Of a DNA stretch of 64,000 nt, positions 19,307-27,978 are shown in pieces. The notes under the pieces are model-generated. The model saw nothing but the letters and a program-made list of their open reading frames with translations, had not been told where the DNA came from and made no database searches. The stretch spans positions 31,735 through 95,734 of the forward strand of contig CAZSWJ010000001.1 in assembly GCA_964611095.1 (NCBI GenBank). Direction: 5' to 3'. Made by a program: the position numbers and the translations under genes. Origin of the DNA: an uncultured Candidatus Peribacteria bacterium (GTDB lineage Bacteria; Patescibacteriota; Gracilibacteria; Peribacterales; Peribacteraceae). The first letter of the stretch is position 1. Each line of letters starts with the position of its first letter.

Positions 19307-19395
19307 GCGGGTAGCGGTGGGCGGGTAGCGGGTAGAATCCCCGTTGTTCTTTCTTTGGGCGCTCTACCCGCTAACCGCTACTCGCTCGCCGCTAT
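19307..19395. repeat. GGGTAGCG-type inverted-repeat hairpin (empty loop)
   Basis: Left arm gcgggtagcggtgggcgggtagcgggtag, about 26-nt loop, right arm ctctacccgctaaccgctactcgctcgccgct. Same motif family as 60631-61075 and 62689-62778. Confidence 0.75.
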
Positions 19396-19403
19396 TTCTT
19401 CGC

Positions 19404-19409
19404 TATACT
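19404..19409 (+). promoter_or_regulatory. -10-like TATACT 7 nt before the aspS ATG (leaderless candidate)
   Basis: TATACT-N7-ATG(19417) with no Shine-Dalgarno. Confidence 0.4.
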
Positions 19410-19416
19410 CCCCCCG

Positions 19417-21180
19417 ATGTTACGTACCCACACCTGCGGCCAACTGACTGCCAAAGACGCGAAAGCGGACGTCACGCTGTGCGGCTGGGTGAACACGCGC
19501 CGCGACCACGGCGGGCTCATCTTCATCGATCTCCGCGACCGATACGGCCTCACGCAGGTCGTGTTCCACCCCGAGACGAACAAAGAAGCGTTCAAACTTG
19601 CCGAGTCGCTCCGTCCCGAGTGGGTCATTCAAGTGAGCGGTACGGTGAATAAACGCCTTGCCGGAACGGAGAACAAGAAGATGCCGACGGGTGAGATCGA
19701 AATCGGCGCCGTCAAACTGGAGATCTTGAACAAGGCCAAGACGCCGCCGTTCGAGATCGCGAGCGACATCCAGGTCAACGAAGAATTGCGTTTGGAATAC
19801 CGTTACTTGGACCTGCGCAGGGCTCAAATGCAACGAAATATCGCACTTCGATCCAAGGTGTTCCAGATCATCCGCAAGTACTTCACAGAGCAAGAGTGTC
19901 TGGAGATCGATACGCCGTGTCTCATCAAAGGCACACCGGAAGGCGCACGCGAATACATCGTTCCCTCTCGCGTGTATCCCGGAAACTTCTTCGTGCTTCC
20001 GCAGAGTCCGCAGCAGCTCAAGCAGCTCTGTATGGTGGGCGGTCTCGACCGTTATTTCCAAATCGCCCGCTGTTTCCGCGATGAAGATCTCCGCGGCGAC
20101 CGTCAGCCCGAATTCCTGCAGCTCGACTTCGAGATGAGCTTCTGCACGCAGGCCGACGTCCAAAAAATCATCCAGGGTTCCATCGAATCCATCATCAAGG
20201 AATGCAGTCCCAAGAAGCTGAAGTGGGGCAAAGTGGAGACATTCACGTGGCAACACGTGATGGATACGTATGGCTCAGACAAGCCCGATCTTCGCTACGA
20301 CCTGCCCATCGTCGATGTGTCCGAAATCAGCGCGGGATGCGGATTCAAAGTGTTCGAAGACGCGCTCAGCAAGAAGGGAGTCGTTCGCGCACTGCGCGTC
20401 CCCGGCGGCGCCGAACTCAGCCGTAGTGAGATCGATACGTGGACGGAGCTCGCCAAAGAACTCAAGGCTAAGGGTCTCGCGTACATTCTGTACAAGCCCG
20501 AAGGTCCGCAGTCGCCGCTCCTCAAGTTCTTCAAAGACGGTTACTTGGACAAGCTCACCAAGATCACGGGAGCCAAGACGGGCGACGCTGTGTTCTTCGG
20601 AGCCGACGCGTACAAGATCGTCTGCGCCGCACTCGGTCGCATCCGCGCCGAGGCCGCCAAGAAGTTCAACCTCATCGACACCACGACGCACGCGCTGTTC
20701 TGGGTCACGGAATTCCCCATGTTCGAGCAGAACGATGACGGGTCGCTCACGTTCAGCCACCACCCGTTCACGAGCCCCAACATCGAGGAATGGAAGAAGC
20801 GCAAAGAGGAGCCGCTCAAGGTGCACTCGGTGTGCTACGACCTCGTGCTCGACGGCTACGAACTCGGTTCGGGCTCCATCCGTATCCACGACCCGGTTCT
20901 CCAGGCCGAAGTCTTCGAAATGCTCGGCATCAGCCCCGAGGATCAGCAGAAACGTTTCGGACACATGCTCTCGGCCTTCGCCTACGGCGCACCGCCCCAC
21001 GGCGGATTCGCGTACGGCATCGACCGCGTCGTCATGATTCTCGCGGGCGAGCCCAACATCCGCGAAGTGACGCCGTTCCCCAAGGATCAGAAAGCAAAAG
21101 ACCTCATGCTCGGCGCACCGTCCCCCGTGCCGGGCGCGCAGCTCAAGGAACTGCAGATCACGCTCGACGAACAGGCCTGA
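19417..21180 (+). CDS. aspS: Aspartyl-tRNA synthetase
   Basis: 587 aa. FIDLRDRYG, QSPQQLKQL, FRDEDLRGDRQPEF and GSGSIRIH class II motifs. Confidence 0.95.
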   Translation: MLRTHTCGQLTAKDAKADVTLCGWVNTRRDHGGLIFIDLRDRYGLTQVVFHPETNKEAFKLAESLRPEWVIQVSGTVNKRLAGTENKKMPTGEIEIGAVKLEILNKAKTPPFEIASDIQVNEELRLEYRYLDLRRAQMQRNIALRSKVFQIIRKYFTEQECLEIDTPCLIKGTPEGAREYIVPSRVYPGNFFVLPQSPQQLKQLCMVGGLDRYFQIARCFRDEDLRGDRQPEFLQLDFEMSFCTQADVQKIIQGSIESIIKECSPKKLKWGKVETFTWQHVMDTYGSDKPDLRYDLPIVDVSEISAGCGFKVFEDALSKKGVVRALRVPGGAELSRSEIDTWTELAKELKAKGLAYILYKPEGPQSPLLKFFKDGYLDKLTKITGAKTGDAVFFGADAYKIVCAALGRIRAEAAKKFNLIDTTTHALFWVTEFPMFEQNDDGSLTFSHHPFTSPNIEEWKKRKEEPLKVHSVCYDLVLDGYELGSGSIRIHDPVLQAEVFEMLGISPEDQQKRFGHMLSAFAYGAPPHGGFAYGIDRVVMILAGEPNIREVTPFPKDQKAKDLMLGAPSPVPGAQLKELQITLDEQA

Positions 21181-21261
21181 ATTCGGGCATGTCGCCGCCC
21201 ACGTTTTATTTTTTGATGTGGAAAAGTTGACGGTCCCGAGCAACAGGATCATAGATACGGC

Positions 21262-21897
21262 ATGGCGTACTCTCGGATGAATGTGGCGATTCTCAAACCG
21301 CATGAAGCGTCGAAAATCGACCAAGAAGCAGCACGCACGCTTTTCGAAGCCGGGGGTGCGGATCACCGCACGAGAGATACGCAGACCGCCGAGCACGTCA
21401 TTCGTGAGGTAAAAGAGTTGATTGCCGATGTCGCGGACAGAATAAAACTTCGCGTGCGTGTGAAAGAGTATCCGGCGTACTACAACGAGAGTCACCAATT
21501 GGTCACAACCTTCGCTGATGCGCTCGATTTGATGACGCATGACATGACGGTGATCATCGATCCACCGAAGAAAGAATTGGCTTTTGCTGCCACCTCCAAC
21601 GGGAATCCCTTGCGGCGAGTCCTTGCCGCTTTTTCGGAAAAGGAACTGCTCGAAGCAAAATTCGATGCGCTCGGCCAGCTTCGCGTTCCACTTGTCGATT
21701 CACAAGATGAGAACAAGCTCAATCTTGCGCCGCGTGCATTCGGCGTTCACGTGCCAACGTATCTGGATGACGCTGCTCGTGCCTATGAGCAGAATCGCAA
21801 TGTGGTAGAACAGGCGCTTCTGTACCCCCGGAATTCCATGGTTGTGACAGATCGGGCGAAGTATTTTGCCATCATGGAATCCAAGAAAGTGGGCTGA
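21262..21897 (+). CDS. Hypothetical protein
   Basis: 211-aa ORF with balanced composition. No recognised family. Confidence 0.55.
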   Translation: MAYSRMNVAILKPHEASKIDQEAARTLFEAGGADHRTRDTQTAEHVIREVKELIADVADRIKLRVRVKEYPAYYNESHQLVTTFADALDLMTHDMTVIIDPPKKELAFAATSNGNPLRRVLAAFSEKELLEAKFDALGQLRVPLVDSQDENKLNLAPRAFGVHVPTYLDDAARAYEQNRNVVEQALLYPRNSMVVTDRAKYFAIMESKKVG

Positions 21898-21902
21898 TTT
21901 TA

Positions 21903-21911
21903 TGGTATAAT
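21903..21911 (+). promoter_or_regulatory. Extended -10 TGGTATAAT
   Basis: TGGTATAAT-N6-ATG(21918). This geometry predicts a leaderless mRNA. Confidence 0.5.
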
Positions 21912-21917
21912 GGTCAG

Positions 21918-22865
21918 ATGGCCCCGAATGATCCGATCCCGGCCGATGAACCTGCTGCGGAAAAGCCGCAGGTCTCGCCTCAACGTGATGAAGAAATTCG
22001 TCGTGCCGCGGCCTTGGGCCAAAAGCGCAGCGAGCGTGAAAAGCAGATCAAGCAAAACATCAAAGACAACAGAAAGGCCGAAGAAAAGCGTGCGAGAGAA
22101 GGCGTGAAAATCGTCGAAGCCAAAAAAGAGAAAGCCAAGGAACACGTCGGCGAATACCGCGTCGCAAACAAGCAGCGTGCCAAAGAATTGGCCGATGAGA
22201 AGTTGCGCAAAGACAAAGAGGCCGCACGCCAAGCCGACATCAGCAAGAAGGCCAAGGCCGAGCAGAAGAAGAAATTGCAGTACATGGGCGATCTGCGCGA
22301 AATGGGTCGCCTCAAGCAAGCCGCGGAACACCGTGAAGTGGTGCTCACCGCCGACGAAGAGCGCGACCGCAAAGCCGCGAACTTCGAATTCCGCACCAAA
22401 ATTCTGGAGGCCGACCGTCTTGAGACTTTGGCCAAGGAAGCGGCCGACCGTGACGTGCGTGCGCAGAAAGTGATCCTGGAAAACGACATGCGCAACAAGC
22501 TCTACCAGGCCGAAACGTGGCACCGTATGAAAGTGGCCGAGCTGGACGCCGAGGTGCACAGGCAAACGGCGCAGATCTCCCGCATCTCCGATCCCGGTCA
22601 ACAGCGACAGGAAGCCATGGCCGCCCAAGGTCTCATTCGCGGCAAGCGGAAGAAGATCGATGAAGAATATCGCGAAAAACAGGACGCCATCACACAGGAG
22701 ATTGATCGCAGGAAGAATGAGATCGAGACGCATTACTACGCCGCACGCGCCAAAGCCGAGAGCGACAGGCGCACAGCCGGCACGAACGCCGATCGCGAAC
22801 TCGCCAGGCGCAACGAAGACATCACGCTCACGTTCAAGCGCCGCCGCAAGGGCGAAGAGGAGTAG
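21918..22865 (+). CDS. Highly charged K/E/R/A-rich coiled-coil protein
   Basis: 315 aa. Long runs such as KRSEREKQIKQNIKDNRKAEEKRAREG. No signal peptide. Confidence 0.6.
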   Translation: MAPNDPIPADEPAAEKPQVSPQRDEEIRRAAALGQKRSEREKQIKQNIKDNRKAEEKRAREGVKIVEAKKEKAKEHVGEYRVANKQRAKELADEKLRKDKEAARQADISKKAKAEQKKKLQYMGDLREMGRLKQAAEHREVVLTADEERDRKAANFEFRTKILEADRLETLAKEAADRDVRAQKVILENDMRNKLYQAETWHRMKVAELDAEVHRQTAQISRISDPGQQRQEAMAAQGLIRGKRKKIDEEYREKQDAITQEIDRRKNEIETHYYAARAKAESDRRTAGTNADRELARRNEDITLTFKRRRKGEEE

Positions 22866-22871
22866 TCGACA

Positions 22872-24047
22872 TTAGGTCACGAACGGGCCCATGTCGCGTT
22901 TGTGTCCTTCGGAGTGCACGAGGTAGTACCGCGGCGGTTCGTAGTGCTGAGCAGCCGTGTGGGGGGCCAAGAATTTGTGCTCGGCTACGTCGCTCCGGAC
23001 AAAGAACGCGTTGTTGCCCGTGATGTCGCAGCCGACGAGCACATAACCCTTGGCTTCGGCGAGTTTCACGAGCGATTCCAATGACGCGCCGTAGTACCGG
23101 GATCCGTTCCAGCGGAAATGCGGGTCGTACGCCACAATCCACTCCATGCCCGGGCGATACACGGCGTTGTATTCGATGCAGACGACGCGCGGCTTGTGCG
23201 TGTCGAGCGCTTTCCACAGCCAGTAGTCGTTGCCGTCCACATCGATGGAGAGGAAGTCGAATTCTTCGGGTACGCCGGCTTTCCGGAGCGTGGATTGCAT
23301 GTTCTCGGCCGTCAGGAACGTCGGCAGCACCGTGAGAGATTTATTGGCAATCTGCGGCGCGAATTTTTCGGCGATCGTTTTGAGGAACGTCGCGTCTTGC
23401 TCCACCCAGCATCCGGTCCATCCTTGCAGGAGCAGTGCGGTCGTGTTGCATTCCAATCCGTCCGAGACCCCGCACTCCACGAATTTTTTATTCGTCGTGC
23501 CGATGCGCGTGAAAATCTCGGCGATGATGCCGTCTTCACCGTTCTGGGAGAACGCTTGATATTCGTGTTTGCCCAGCCACGCGGCGCTCGTGGCGTTTTT
23601 GTGGTTGGCGATCAACTCTTCGCGGCGGCGCACCACGGAAAGCTCAAAAGCACCGCGACGAAGGTCATCCGTCGTGTTTTTGATATCACACAGAAAATCA
23701 TTCATCGTCCGAAGGAGATTCACGTTCCCCCGCATGTCTTGGAGCGCATCGTCCATGGGGTTCAGCTTGTCGCGCATGGGCTTGAGATGCCCGGCGGTGA
23801 CGCGCATGTCTTGGAGCGCATCATCGAGAGGGCCGAGTTTTTCCAGGAGTTTCATCTCCGACATTTGAATGTCGGCGCGCCTGTCATGCTGCAAATCGTC
23901 GGCCTGGATCCGCAGCGCGCGAATTTCACCCTGGAGCATGTTGATCTGCGCCGAGAGCTCATGGACGTGTTCGGCGTACTGCGAGGTACGCTCCACGTTG
24001 CCGGGGAGTGAGAACAGCCGACGGAGGAAGCGGAGCGGCGAGATCAT
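22872..24047 (-). CDS. Coiled-coil protein with C-terminal FkbM-like methyltransferase-type domain
   Basis: From ATG 24047, which forms an ATGA overlap with the upstream stop. Heptad-like N-terminal ~150 aa with a duplicated DDALQDMR. C-terminus has SQNGEDGII..FVECGVSDG..FLSIDVDGNDYW. Confidence 0.6.
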   Translation of the reverse strand: MISPLRFLRRLFSLPGNVERTSQYAEHVHELSAQINMLQGEIRALRIQADDLQHDRRADIQMSEMKLLEKLGPLDDALQDMRVTAGHLKPMRDKLNPMDDALQDMRGNVNLLRTMNDFLCDIKNTTDDLRRGAFELSVVRRREELIANHKNATSAAWLGKHEYQAFSQNGEDGIIAEIFTRIGTTNKKFVECGVSDGLECNTTALLLQGWTGCWVEQDATFLKTIAEKFAPQIANKSLTVLPTFLTAENMQSTLRKAGVPEEFDFLSIDVDGNDYWLWKALDTHKPRVVCIEYNAVYRPGMEWIVAYDPHFRWNGSRYYGASLESLVKLAEAKGYVLVGCDITGNNAFFVRSDVAEHKFLAPHTAAQHYEPPRYYLVHSEGHKRDMGPFVT

Positions 24048-25027
24048 TTGCGGGAGGCGAAGAAGCGGCCTGCGGTGGACTCCGTGGATTCCAAGCGCAC
24101 TTTGTGGGTGTCGGCAAGGATGCGCGGGAGTTCGCGCTTGGCGAGTTCGCCGTGCCACTCGCCGCGGATCATATCGATGTTCTTCAGGAAGCCGAGCGCC
24201 TCGCACTCCCGCAGAATGTTCGTCTCGGCACCCTCGCAATCGAGCTTGAGGAGATCGATGTGCGTGATCTTGTTTTGGCTCAGGAACGCTTCCACCGAGA
24301 GGCCGACGTGGCCTCCTTTCACCGTTTTCTCCTTATGAACGGGGTGTCCGCGGACACCGAGCTCCACCCAGTGCTTGAAGGTTTCCTTGGCGAGTTCCTC
24401 GACGCGCACGTCGTTGTCGGGCTTACCGAAGAATCCGACGAGCGCATGGTTCACGATCGTGACGCCCGGGATGCCGCGGAGATTGTGGTGCAGGTGGTGA
24501 ACGTTGTTCGGGTCGCTGGAGTAATCCGATCGCGGCTCCACGGCGTAGAGCGCGGCATCCGGCCACGACCGTTTGGCCATCATGGAAAACGTTCCCACGT
24601 GCGCGCCGACGTCCACGATCGTTCGCGGCGTGAAGCCGACGGCACGCAGCGCCTCGACGCCGTAGCAATCGCGCTCGATGACCTCGGTGCAAATGTGTTT
24701 GGCGTGCAGCGTTTCCATCCACAGTCGGGGAACCTCTCGTTCTACGCCGAATTTTTCCATCACCGCCGAAAACAGTTCTTCCATCCGCATGCCTTTGTCG
24801 TAGTAGGCATCGCGCGCAAAGGCGTCCATGGCCTCCGGGTCGGCACCGAAGAGCTCGGCTTGATACGCCCAGCGCGCGCTGAGGGCCACCGTTCCGATGC
24901 GCGTTTCCCAGAGCTCGATCTCGAGCACGCCGCTCGGGTCGCTGTCCGAGCGAACGCGCAGATATTTCGGCTTCGTGCCGCGGCGCAGGCCGCGCAGAAC
25001 GCCGGAGAGGAAGGAGGGGGCTTTCAT
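24044..25027 (-). CDS. FkbM-family methyltransferase
   Basis: 327 aa. IVDVGAHVGTFS (SAM motif I) and IDLLKLDCEGAE motifs. Confidence 0.75.
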   Translation of the reverse strand: MKAPSFLSGVLRGLRRGTKPKYLRVRSDSDPSGVLEIELWETRIGTVALSARWAYQAELFGADPEAMDAFARDAYYDKGMRMEELFSAVMEKFGVEREVPRLWMETLHAKHICTEVIERDCYGVEALRAVGFTPRTIVDVGAHVGTFSMMAKRSWPDAALYAVEPRSDYSSDPNNVHHLHHNLRGIPGVTIVNHALVGFFGKPDNDVRVEELAKETFKHWVELGVRGHPVHKEKTVKGGHVGLSVEAFLSQNKITHIDLLKLDCEGAETNILRECEALGFLKNIDMIRGEWHGELAKRELPRILADTHKVRLESTESTAGRFFASRK

Positions 25028-25056
25028 GGAAAGTCAGCGTATCACAGGCCGTGCCC

Positions 25057-27972
25057 TCATTTGAGGCGGGAAGCGAAGAATAATCCGAGTCCGTCGCCCG
25101 TGGGCACCATCTCGAGGCCGTGACTGTTCCTCAGGAGCTCTTCCACCGTGCGGCGCGATACCGCTCCGTGCCACTCTCCGACAATCGTCCCGATATCGGC
25201 GAGCATGCCCATGGCGTGCAGCTCCCGAAGAATGTTGATTTCCGCGCCTTCACAGTCCAGCTTCAGGAGATCGATCCTCGTCAGTTTTTTGTCGCGCACC
25301 AGCGTCGCGACGTCCGTTGCCGATATCGTCGCCGTGAACTCGGCGCACGCGGGATCTCCTCGGAGTCCGCGTTCCACTTCGTGTGAGAAAGAATCCCGCC
25401 GAAGTTCATCGAGCAGTTCCGCATTCCTTGGGTCATGCAAGAGTCCGATCACCGCGGTCGGTACGATTTCCACGTTCGTTTCCTCGGTATTCGCGCCGAG
25501 CAACGCGCGGTACACGGGTTCCACGGCCACGATGCGGGCATGAGGCCAGAGCGCATGCGCATGGAGCGAGAACGTGCCGATATGTCCGCCGATGTCCACG
25601 ATCGTCGCGGGTGCGGTCGTCAGTCGTCGCAATCGGTAGCAATCTTTATCGATGACCTGCATGCAAATATGTCGTGCGTGAACCATGTGCATCCACTGCG
25701 TGCCGATCGTTTGCGAGAGCCCGAATTTCCTGCCGAGACGTTCGCCGAGGACCGGCTCGCGGAGTCCTTCTTTGTAGTAGAGGCGTCGTGCTTCGGCGTC
25801 CACCGCATCGGGCTCGATGCCGTGCGTCCGTGCGGTGTCCGCCCAGTCGCCGTGGACGAAGAGCGGGCCCATGCTCGTGCGGTATCGCACCATCGGCACG
25901 GGGGACGACCGTTCGGCCTCCGTACGTGCCGGAGTCGTGAAGTGCGGCATGGGCGGCGGGACAAACGGTTGCGCCGTACGCGCCGCATCGGGTTTGAGCG
26001 AGGCAAAGAACGTTCCGCGCGCGTGCGCCGGAGCGATGGAAACCGTGCGGACGTCGTGGGTCGAAGCCAAAAGCGCGGGAATGGATTTGCCCATATCACC
26101 ATGCCACTCGCCGCGTATTTCGCGGATGCGTGCGAGTGCTCCCGTCATCGAAAGTTCTCGCAGAATGTTGGTCTCCGCGCCGTCACAACTGAGCTTCAGA
26201 AGGTCAATGGTCGATTCCCGCGGCAGCAATTCGGAGATCGAAACGGCCCTGAGGCCGCAAGCCTCCGTGTCGCACTGCGTCAGCGGATATTCGCGATATC
26301 CCAATTCCATGGAATGAGGGACGGTGTCTTTCAGCAGCTCGGCGCGGCCGGTCCACTTGGCGTCCCCCGTCACCATTCCGAAGACCGCGACATTGCGGAT
26401 GTCGGCGTCGGCGACGTTTTGCCGCAGCACGGCGATGTCGCCCGAATCGTTCTTATCGGGAGCGCAGGGTTCCGCCGCAATGATGCGTGCGTCCGGCCAG
26501 AGATGACGCGCAAAGAGCGAGAATGCGCCGACGTGGGCCCCCACATCCACGATGATCTTCGGCATGAATCCGTTTTCCTTCAGCGAGCGCAGGCCGTACG
26601 CGTCCTGCTCGATGACGTTGCCGCACACGTGCTCGGCATGGAGCGTGAGGAGCCACAGTCGGACGAGATCGCGGTGTTCCTCGCCGACGTTGTTGCACGC
26701 GGCATCCAAGAATGCGTCGCGCCGCAGGTTCCGGGTGTAGTACGCGTACCGCGCCGCATCGTCGATCGTGAGCGGATGAATGCCGCGCGTGCGGGCAAGC
26801 CTCGCCCAGGGCAGACCGATGTGCACCGGCCCCACCGATGTCGGGAATTCCTCCGTATCCATCGGTGCTTCCGCAGTGCTCTCACCTCGCAGCGGCAGGC
26901 GCAGCGACCAGTACGGCCCGCTGCCGCAGTGACGTTTGTACTGCTCCTCGAACATCCGCTTGCCGTGCTCGTAGAGCGTCATATCGGCCTTCAGGTACTC
27001 CGCCACCGTTTCGTACTCCGCGTGCGTGAGTTGCGACTTGGCGTTCGTGCTCCCCGTGACGTCACCGACCACGCTTCCCCGGCGCGGCACGATGCCTTCG
27101 TTCGTCATCAGCTCGTCTTTCCAATCGTACTTGCGGCACAGAAGTTCCATCGATCGATCGAAGTGCTCTTGGAGCAGCACGGCATCGAATGTCTTCAGAT
27201 TCCGTACCGCTTGCGCAAGCAGTCGATGCAATCTCGAGTGAAAGACGTATCCGCCCGGGTGTGCGTAGCCCGCGATCATCTGCACGTACGATTGTTCGAG
27301 CGTCAGCTTCAGGCGGAAGAACGGGTGGTGCAAAAATTGCGTGATGCTCAGCGTCCGTGCGACCGCGGCTTCTTCGGCTTCGCGCGGCGACGCCGTGGGG
27401 TTCTCGCGCCGCACGTAGCGGTAGTACGAGAGCAGGCGGTCCACGGGGTGCCGAAGCATCGTGATGTACGCGTGCGGACTCCGCAGGAGTTCGTGAATGC
27501 CGTAGATGGAGTGGTCGGCGAGCGCGTCGTAACGGTCCCATTTGTCGCGCTCCGCTTCCTTCTGCGCGGGAGAGAGTTCGCGGAAGCGGCTCAGGACGAA
27601 CATGGGGCTTTCGTTCGGCATGCCCACGAAATCGCGTCGAAAACCGATGCTGCGCAGATTGCGTCGCATGACGTGCGTCAGCGTCGACCCCGCCGTGCGC
27701 TGGAGGTGGAGAAAAATGATTTTTTTCTCGGGAGTCGCGGCTTCGGGGTTGCCGTTGTCGTACACATGTTTGTACGCCAGGAGCATGTTCGTATCGAACT
27801 CGGGATGCTCTCGGAGGAGTGCTTCCGCATCACCCGTTTCCGGGATCGTTCCGTACATCTGGAGCAGCTGCCGCTCGTGATCATGCGCCGTCGTCTTCAC
27901 CGAGCCGAACCACTCTTCGTAGTACGGAAAATCCTTCGGCACGCGCCAACGCTTGAAGAACGAAGTCAGCAC
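25057..27972 (-). CDS. Fusion protein: N-terminal sulfotransferase domain plus two FkbM-type methyltransferase modules
   Basis: 971 aa. IIFLHLQRTAGST (5'-PSB-like loop) and MLRHPVDRLLSYYRY (3'-PB-like). Then IIVDVGAHVGAFS...LLKLSCDGAE and TIVDIGGHIGTFS...LLKLDCEGAE. Confidence 0.7.
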   Translation of the reverse strand: MLTSFFKRWRVPKDFPYYEEWFGSVKTTAHDHERQLLQMYGTIPETGDAEALLREHPEFDTNMLLAYKHVYDNGNPEAATPEKKIIFLHLQRTAGSTLTHVMRRNLRSIGFRRDFVGMPNESPMFVLSRFRELSPAQKEAERDKWDRYDALADHSIYGIHELLRSPHAYITMLRHPVDRLLSYYRYVRRENPTASPREAEEAAVARTLSITQFLHHPFFRLKLTLEQSYVQMIAGYAHPGGYVFHSRLHRLLAQAVRNLKTFDAVLLQEHFDRSMELLCRKYDWKDELMTNEGIVPRRGSVVGDVTGSTNAKSQLTHAEYETVAEYLKADMTLYEHGKRMFEEQYKRHCGSGPYWSLRLPLRGESTAEAPMDTEEFPTSVGPVHIGLPWARLARTRGIHPLTIDDAARYAYYTRNLRRDAFLDAACNNVGEEHRDLVRLWLLTLHAEHVCGNVIEQDAYGLRSLKENGFMPKIIVDVGAHVGAFSLFARHLWPDARIIAAEPCAPDKNDSGDIAVLRQNVADADIRNVAVFGMVTGDAKWTGRAELLKDTVPHSMELGYREYPLTQCDTEACGLRAVSISELLPRESTIDLLKLSCDGAETNILRELSMTGALARIREIRGEWHGDMGKSIPALLASTHDVRTVSIAPAHARGTFFASLKPDAARTAQPFVPPPMPHFTTPARTEAERSSPVPMVRYRTSMGPLFVHGDWADTARTHGIEPDAVDAEARRLYYKEGLREPVLGERLGRKFGLSQTIGTQWMHMVHARHICMQVIDKDCYRLRRLTTAPATIVDIGGHIGTFSLHAHALWPHARIVAVEPVYRALLGANTEETNVEIVPTAVIGLLHDPRNAELLDELRRDSFSHEVERGLRGDPACAEFTATISATDVATLVRDKKLTRIDLLKLDCEGAEINILRELHAMGMLADIGTIVGEWHGAVSRRTVEELLRNSHGLEMVPTGDGLGLFFASRLK

Positions 27973-27978
27973 GCCGAT

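Noticed and set aside
19307-19395. GGGTAGCG repeats as a possible CRISPR array
   Set aside because: The units are inverted, not direct. There are no regularly spaced unique spacers and no cas genes in the window.
21185-21215. Possible terminator after aspS (T-rich tract ttttatttttt)
   Set aside because: The preceding stem is only about 4 bp (gggc/gccc), which is not convincing as an intrinsic terminator.
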